From an uncultured Chitinophagaceae bacterium (GTDB lineage Bacteria; Bacteroidota; Bacteroidia; Chitinophagales; Chitinophagaceae), in contig CAZYEZ010000002.1 of NCBI GenBank assembly GCA_964646775.1, positions 1 through 47,581 of the forward strand: a stretch of 47,581 bases of DNA, in the 5' to 3' direction. A program made the position numbers and the translations under genes. Of the stretch, positions 44,669 through 47,581 are shown one piece after another; the first letter of the stretch is position 1, and every line of letters starts with the position of its first letter. A model generated the notes under the pieces. The model was not told the DNA's origin and did not search any database. It saw nothing but the letters and a program-made list of their open reading frames with translations.

Positions 44669-45553
44669 TTAACGAAACCGGTAATTAAACAATCGAAAAC
44701 TGAGCCATTTTATGGGATAGCGGAGGGCGTATTTGAAAGAGAATATAAGATAAAATGCCCAGTAATACGCCCCCTTCCCCTTGCGAATCCGCATCAGATC
44801 CAGTTCACGCTTTCTTAGCAGGGATTGAAGCCGAATCTGTTTTTTGTGATCTGTACTGGCTTGCGCGATATGGACCAAACTGCTCTCGTGCAAAAAATAC
44901 GAAATATACCCTATTTGTTTTAGCTGATAGCACCAAAGCTGATCTTCTCCATACATGAAGAAGCGGTCATCCAACTTCTTTTCAGGCATTTTTTGAATAG
45001 CCTCCCGGGGAATCATCATAAACGCCCCTCCGATCCAGTCGACGGGAAGACTAAAATCACCTTTAAAATATTGATTGAGCATGAGCCTTGCCCGACGGCG
45101 GTATGGCATGAGAAATAGCAGCGGGCGGAGCAAGTCCAGGAGCTCGAGTATGGGGCTCCGGAATCTTCGGGCACTGCTCTGGTATTTACCATCTTCGTAG
45201 GTAAGACGAAGACCTAAGGCACCGATATCCCGATGGGCTGCCAAGTAGCGGGCCGCCAGACTTATACTGTCTTCTATTAAATAGGTATCCGAATTCAAGA
45301 GCAAGATGAATTCACCTTGGGCATGCTCAATGCCCAGGTTATTCCCTGCGGCAAATCCGCTGTTTTCTGGATTTTTAACCAAGACGATTTCGGGGAATGA
45401 CTGGAGAAAAGCGCTGGGGTCGATTTCTGTAGACGCATTATCGACTAGAATCATCTCGTAATCGACATCGTGGGTATGTTCGATGACCGAACGGATACAC
45501 TGGCAGGTGATCGAAAAAGTGTTGTAATTGACAATGATCACGGACACTAGCAT
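44669..45553 (-). CDS. Family 2 glycosyltransferase
   Basis: It contains VSVIIVNYNT, ILVDNASTE and LLLNSDT. Its start overlaps the upstream methyltransferase stop by 7 nt. Confidence 0.85.
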   Translation of the reverse strand: MLVSVIIVNYNTFSITCQCIRSVIEHTHDVDYEMILVDNASTEIDPSAFLQSFPEIVLVKNPENSGFAAGNNLGIEHAQGEFILLLNSDTYLIEDSISLAARYLAAHRDIGALGLRLTYEDGKYQSSARRFRSPILELLDLLRPLLFLMPYRRRARLMLNQYFKGDFSLPVDWIGGAFMMIPREAIQKMPEKKLDDRFFMYGEDQLWCYQLKQIGYISYFLHESSLVHIAQASTDHKKQIRLQSLLRKRELDLMRIRKGKGAYYWAFYLIFSFKYALRYPIKWLSFRLFNYRFR

Positions 45554-46272
45554 GCGGAATCCGGTTTTCGGGCAACGACAACGAAATTAAGGGTGGCCGA
45601 GTAATCCTTATCCACTTGGTCCAGCCAGACAAAGAACAGGTTGATTACCCATTTGATCCGGAAAAGGAAGTAGAACCCTTTAAGTATTCGCGCACGCAAG
45701 GAGGTTTTGCCGTAACAAGAGGATCGGATGCTGTTCTGCAGTAGTTGACCAATCATGGCCCATTTTCCACCATTGGGAATAATCTGATGTTCGATGAATC
45801 CGGTTTCGTTGAGCAGATACTCAAATCCATAGCGGGTGAAACGAAAAAAATCATAGGGTTCTTCGTGGTGTTCCCAGGCCATGGGCCCGGAAATAATCAA
45901 GACCCCTCCGGGACGTAGTATGCGAAAGGCTTCCGAAAGCAGTTTTTTATGATCGGCTACATGTTCGATGACCTGGGTGGAAAAAACCGTATCCTTGGTC
46001 TCATCCGCCAAAGGGATCGCCGTGGCCGGACAGATAAGATCTACTTTGTTCTCGCTGGACTGAACGATGTCGCATCCTAGGTAATCGGTAATCTTGCCTT
46101 CAAAGAATGGCAGATAGGGCTTATTCCCACAGCCGATGTCTAGAACCTCGCCCCGGGCATTCTCTCTGATGGCATTTTGAAGGTCTTCGAACAGAAATCG
46201 ATACTCGATATAAGAGGGGTCATTGATGTTTGTGACCGGTCTGGCGAGCCGATCCAGGTTTTCCTGCCTCAT
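45547..46272 (-). CDS. Class I SAM-dependent methyltransferase
   Basis: Motif I is VLDIGCGNKPY. It also has an acidic loop (LGCD), and post-I/II-like segments VFSTQVIEHV and LRPGGVLIIS. Confidence 0.85.
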   Translation of the reverse strand: MRQENLDRLARPVTNINDPSYIEYRFLFEDLQNAIRENARGEVLDIGCGNKPYLPFFEGKITDYLGCDIVQSSENKVDLICPATAIPLADETKDTVFSTQVIEHVADHKKLLSEAFRILRPGGVLIISGPMAWEHHEEPYDFFRFTRYGFEYLLNETGFIEHQIIPNGGKWAMIGQLLQNSIRSSCYGKTSLRARILKGFYFLFRIKWVINLFFVWLDQVDKDYSATLNFVVVARKPDSAC

Positions 46273-46359
46273 TGCGGTTTTTTTCTGACTGTGGTTTCGA
46301 AATTAGGTTAATTCACCCGAAGGCCTCCGACCTCAACCCAAATGGCCGGGATTTGATTT

Positions 46360-47208
46360 TTAAAAAAAATATTTGCGAATTCTTCCTTTATCCGCCAGGC
46401 GTTCGAAATACCGGGGGAAATATTGTTTGAGTAGCAGTTTGCCCAAAAACCCCAGCGGGCTTTTTTGAAACCGGTAAAAGAAGAGTTTTTCGATCTGATC
46501 GGGGCCATAGTGTTGGGGGTGTTTTTTGATCAGGTAATCCATGATCTCATTGATGTTTTGCTTGCGAGCGCTAAATCTCGCATTGCGGGAGTCTTGGGAG
46601 ACGCGATAATCAAAACCGAGGTCCGGAATCTGCTGAAACCGAAAGCCTTTAAAAGCGGCATGAAGCCAAAACTCCCAATCTTCCAGACCGGTACGCATCT
46701 GGGGATCAAATCCACCCGTTGATTCCCAGACCGCTCTCCGAAATACGGCACAAACATCAATGTAGTTGTCCAGCATAAGGGCCTGAAGGTGGAAGGGAGG
46801 CTGCCGAAGCGGGCCGCTCCGGGATCCCATATATTGCCCCTGGCCGTATACAATGTCGATCTCAGGCTGGGCTTCCATTCTTTCTATTGCAATCTTCGGA
46901 TAAGTCCCGTAAATCCGGTTGTCTGCGTCCAGGGGAAGGATGTATTTTCCCCGAGCCTGTTCGATGCCCCGGTTGCGCGCATGGCAGACCCCTTGGTTTT
47001 CCTGAACTATGACCCGGTATCCTGGATCTTCCTGGAGCTGATGGATTATTTTTTGGGTCAGCGGATCGGTCGATCCATCGTCGATGATGAGGGCCTCCCA
47101 GGATAGGGACGCATCGATGCCGCGAAGGCTTTCCAAGGCCTCTTCGATAAACTTCCCATGATTATAACAAGGGATGATGATAGAAAGAAGGGGAGCGGCA
47201 GCAGACAT
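46360..47208 (-). CDS. Family 2 glycosyltransferase
   Basis: It contains LSIIIPCYNHGKFIEEAL, IIDDGSTD and LPLDADN. Confidence 0.85.
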   Translation of the reverse strand: MSAAAPLLSIIIPCYNHGKFIEEALESLRGIDASLSWEALIIDDGSTDPLTQKIIHQLQEDPGYRVIVQENQGVCHARNRGIEQARGKYILPLDADNRIYGTYPKIAIERMEAQPEIDIVYGQGQYMGSRSGPLRQPPFHLQALMLDNYIDVCAVFRRAVWESTGGFDPQMRTGLEDWEFWLHAAFKGFRFQQIPDLGFDYRVSQDSRNARFSARKQNINEIMDYLIKKHPQHYGPDQIEKLFFYRFQKSPLGFLGKLLLKQYFPRYFERLADKGRIRKYFF

Positions 47209-47359
47209 AATTGCAGATTAACCTGCAAAAAAAAGCATAATGTGCCGAATATAGTAGTTTAGGGCCTGTATGGCCCCGAATTCTTGAAGAATAAGGGGTT
47301 AAGGCCTGGTTTCAAGGGCTGCACCCTTGATGGAATTCAGCGCAGGTTGAGGAAGTCCT

Positions 47360-47389
47360 TGTAATTTCATGGCATAGGGTTAACTTTGT
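47360..47389 (+). promoter_or_regulatory. -33 TTG / -7 TAacTTTG promoter for nuoA
   Basis: TTG lies at 47360-47362, followed by a 19-nt spacer and TAACTTTG at 47382-47389. The ATG is 32 nt downstream. Confidence 0.6.
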
Positions 47390-47421
47390 TACCTTGAGAA
47401 ACCTCAGGTATTGAATACCCT

Positions 47422-47581
47422 ATGAATCAATTAATGCTCGTTATAACGCAGAACTCCCCGGCGGACTATCTGCCGATTGCCCTCCAGTTTTTGGTGGCCT
47501 TGGGATTTGTGGCAGTCATGATGGTGGTGACCCACTTGCTGGGACCAAAGCGCAGGACCCGAGATAAGCTGGCCAACTTCG
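47422..47581 (+). CDS. nuoA: NADH-quinone oxidoreductase subunit A, 3'-truncated by the window edge
   Basis: The ORF MNQLMLVITQNSPADYLPIALQFLVALGFVAVMMVVTHLLGPKRRTRDKLANF is not in the supplied track. It matches the NuoA N-terminal TM helix followed by the LLGP...K motif. Confidence 0.75.
   Translation, partial: MNQLMLVITQNSPADYLPIALQFLVALGFVAVMMVVTHLLGPKRRTRDKLANF

Noticed and set aside
47209-47345. Hairpins upstream of nuoA as possible ncRNA or terminator elements: TTGCAG/CTGCAA followed by A8, and TCAAGGG-ctgca-CCCTTGA flanked by two GAATTC sites.
   Set aside because: No gene ends here on either strand, neither orientation gives a stem followed by a U-tract, and the elements lie upstream of the nuoA promoter. 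I noted them only as unexplained structure of low weight.
1-47581. A search for mobile elements, prophage, CRISPR-Cas, toxin-antitoxin, restriction-modification or known defence genes.
   Set aside because: I recognised no transposase, integrase, recombinase, cas, methylase-endonuclease pair or phage structural genes. No tRNA or terminal repeats delimit an island, and gene content is largely conserved core or envelope functions.

Overview
The window looks like a chromosomal core region of a Bacteroidota genome. Supporting signs are the rplM-rpsI-rpsB-tsf arrangement, a T9SS type-B C-terminal sorting domain, SprB repeats, TAnnTTTG -7 promoter boxes, a lack of Shine-Dalgarno sequences, and DUF4199/DUF4197/DUF3108/DUF5606-type genes. 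About 36 protein-coding genes are densely packed. I saw no rRNA, tRNA, CRISPR array, transposase, integrase or recognisable defence hallmark. Housekeeping genes include alaS, tsf, rpsB, rpsI, rplM, ruvC, pdxJ, a nuoA 5' fragment and a UvrD-type helicase-nuclease. Five things deserve a second look. (1) At the left edge, a truncated protein with a YbjN-like segment is translationally coupled to a cytoplasmic trypsin-fold protease fused to a zinc ribbon and a YbjN-like domain. (2) A tight plus-strand gene string runs BatA/vWA-like, dihydroorotase-like with all metal ligands substituted, DUF4199, GT2. (3) A minus-strand operon with ATGA junctions links a UPF0104 membrane protein, DUF3108, a FjTAL-like aromatic ammonia-lyase, FabG, a KAS I/II enzyme and a secreted M28 peptidase. 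This would be a minimal flexirubin/aryl-polyene-type starter cassette with no ACP, CoA-ligase or dehydratase in the window. (4) A 1527-aa SprB-repeat T9SS adhesin has a very regular 77-78 aa period, and 7 of 12 repeats carry the Bacteroidetes O-glycosylation sequon at the same position. It lies directly downstream of a Wzx/GT2/methyltransferase/GT2 cluster. (5) A 437-bp divergent intergenic region holds perfect tandem 12-mers and a GC-clamped stem-loop. None of these is demonstrably a new system from sequence alone, and every family assignment is motif recognition by eye without database searches.
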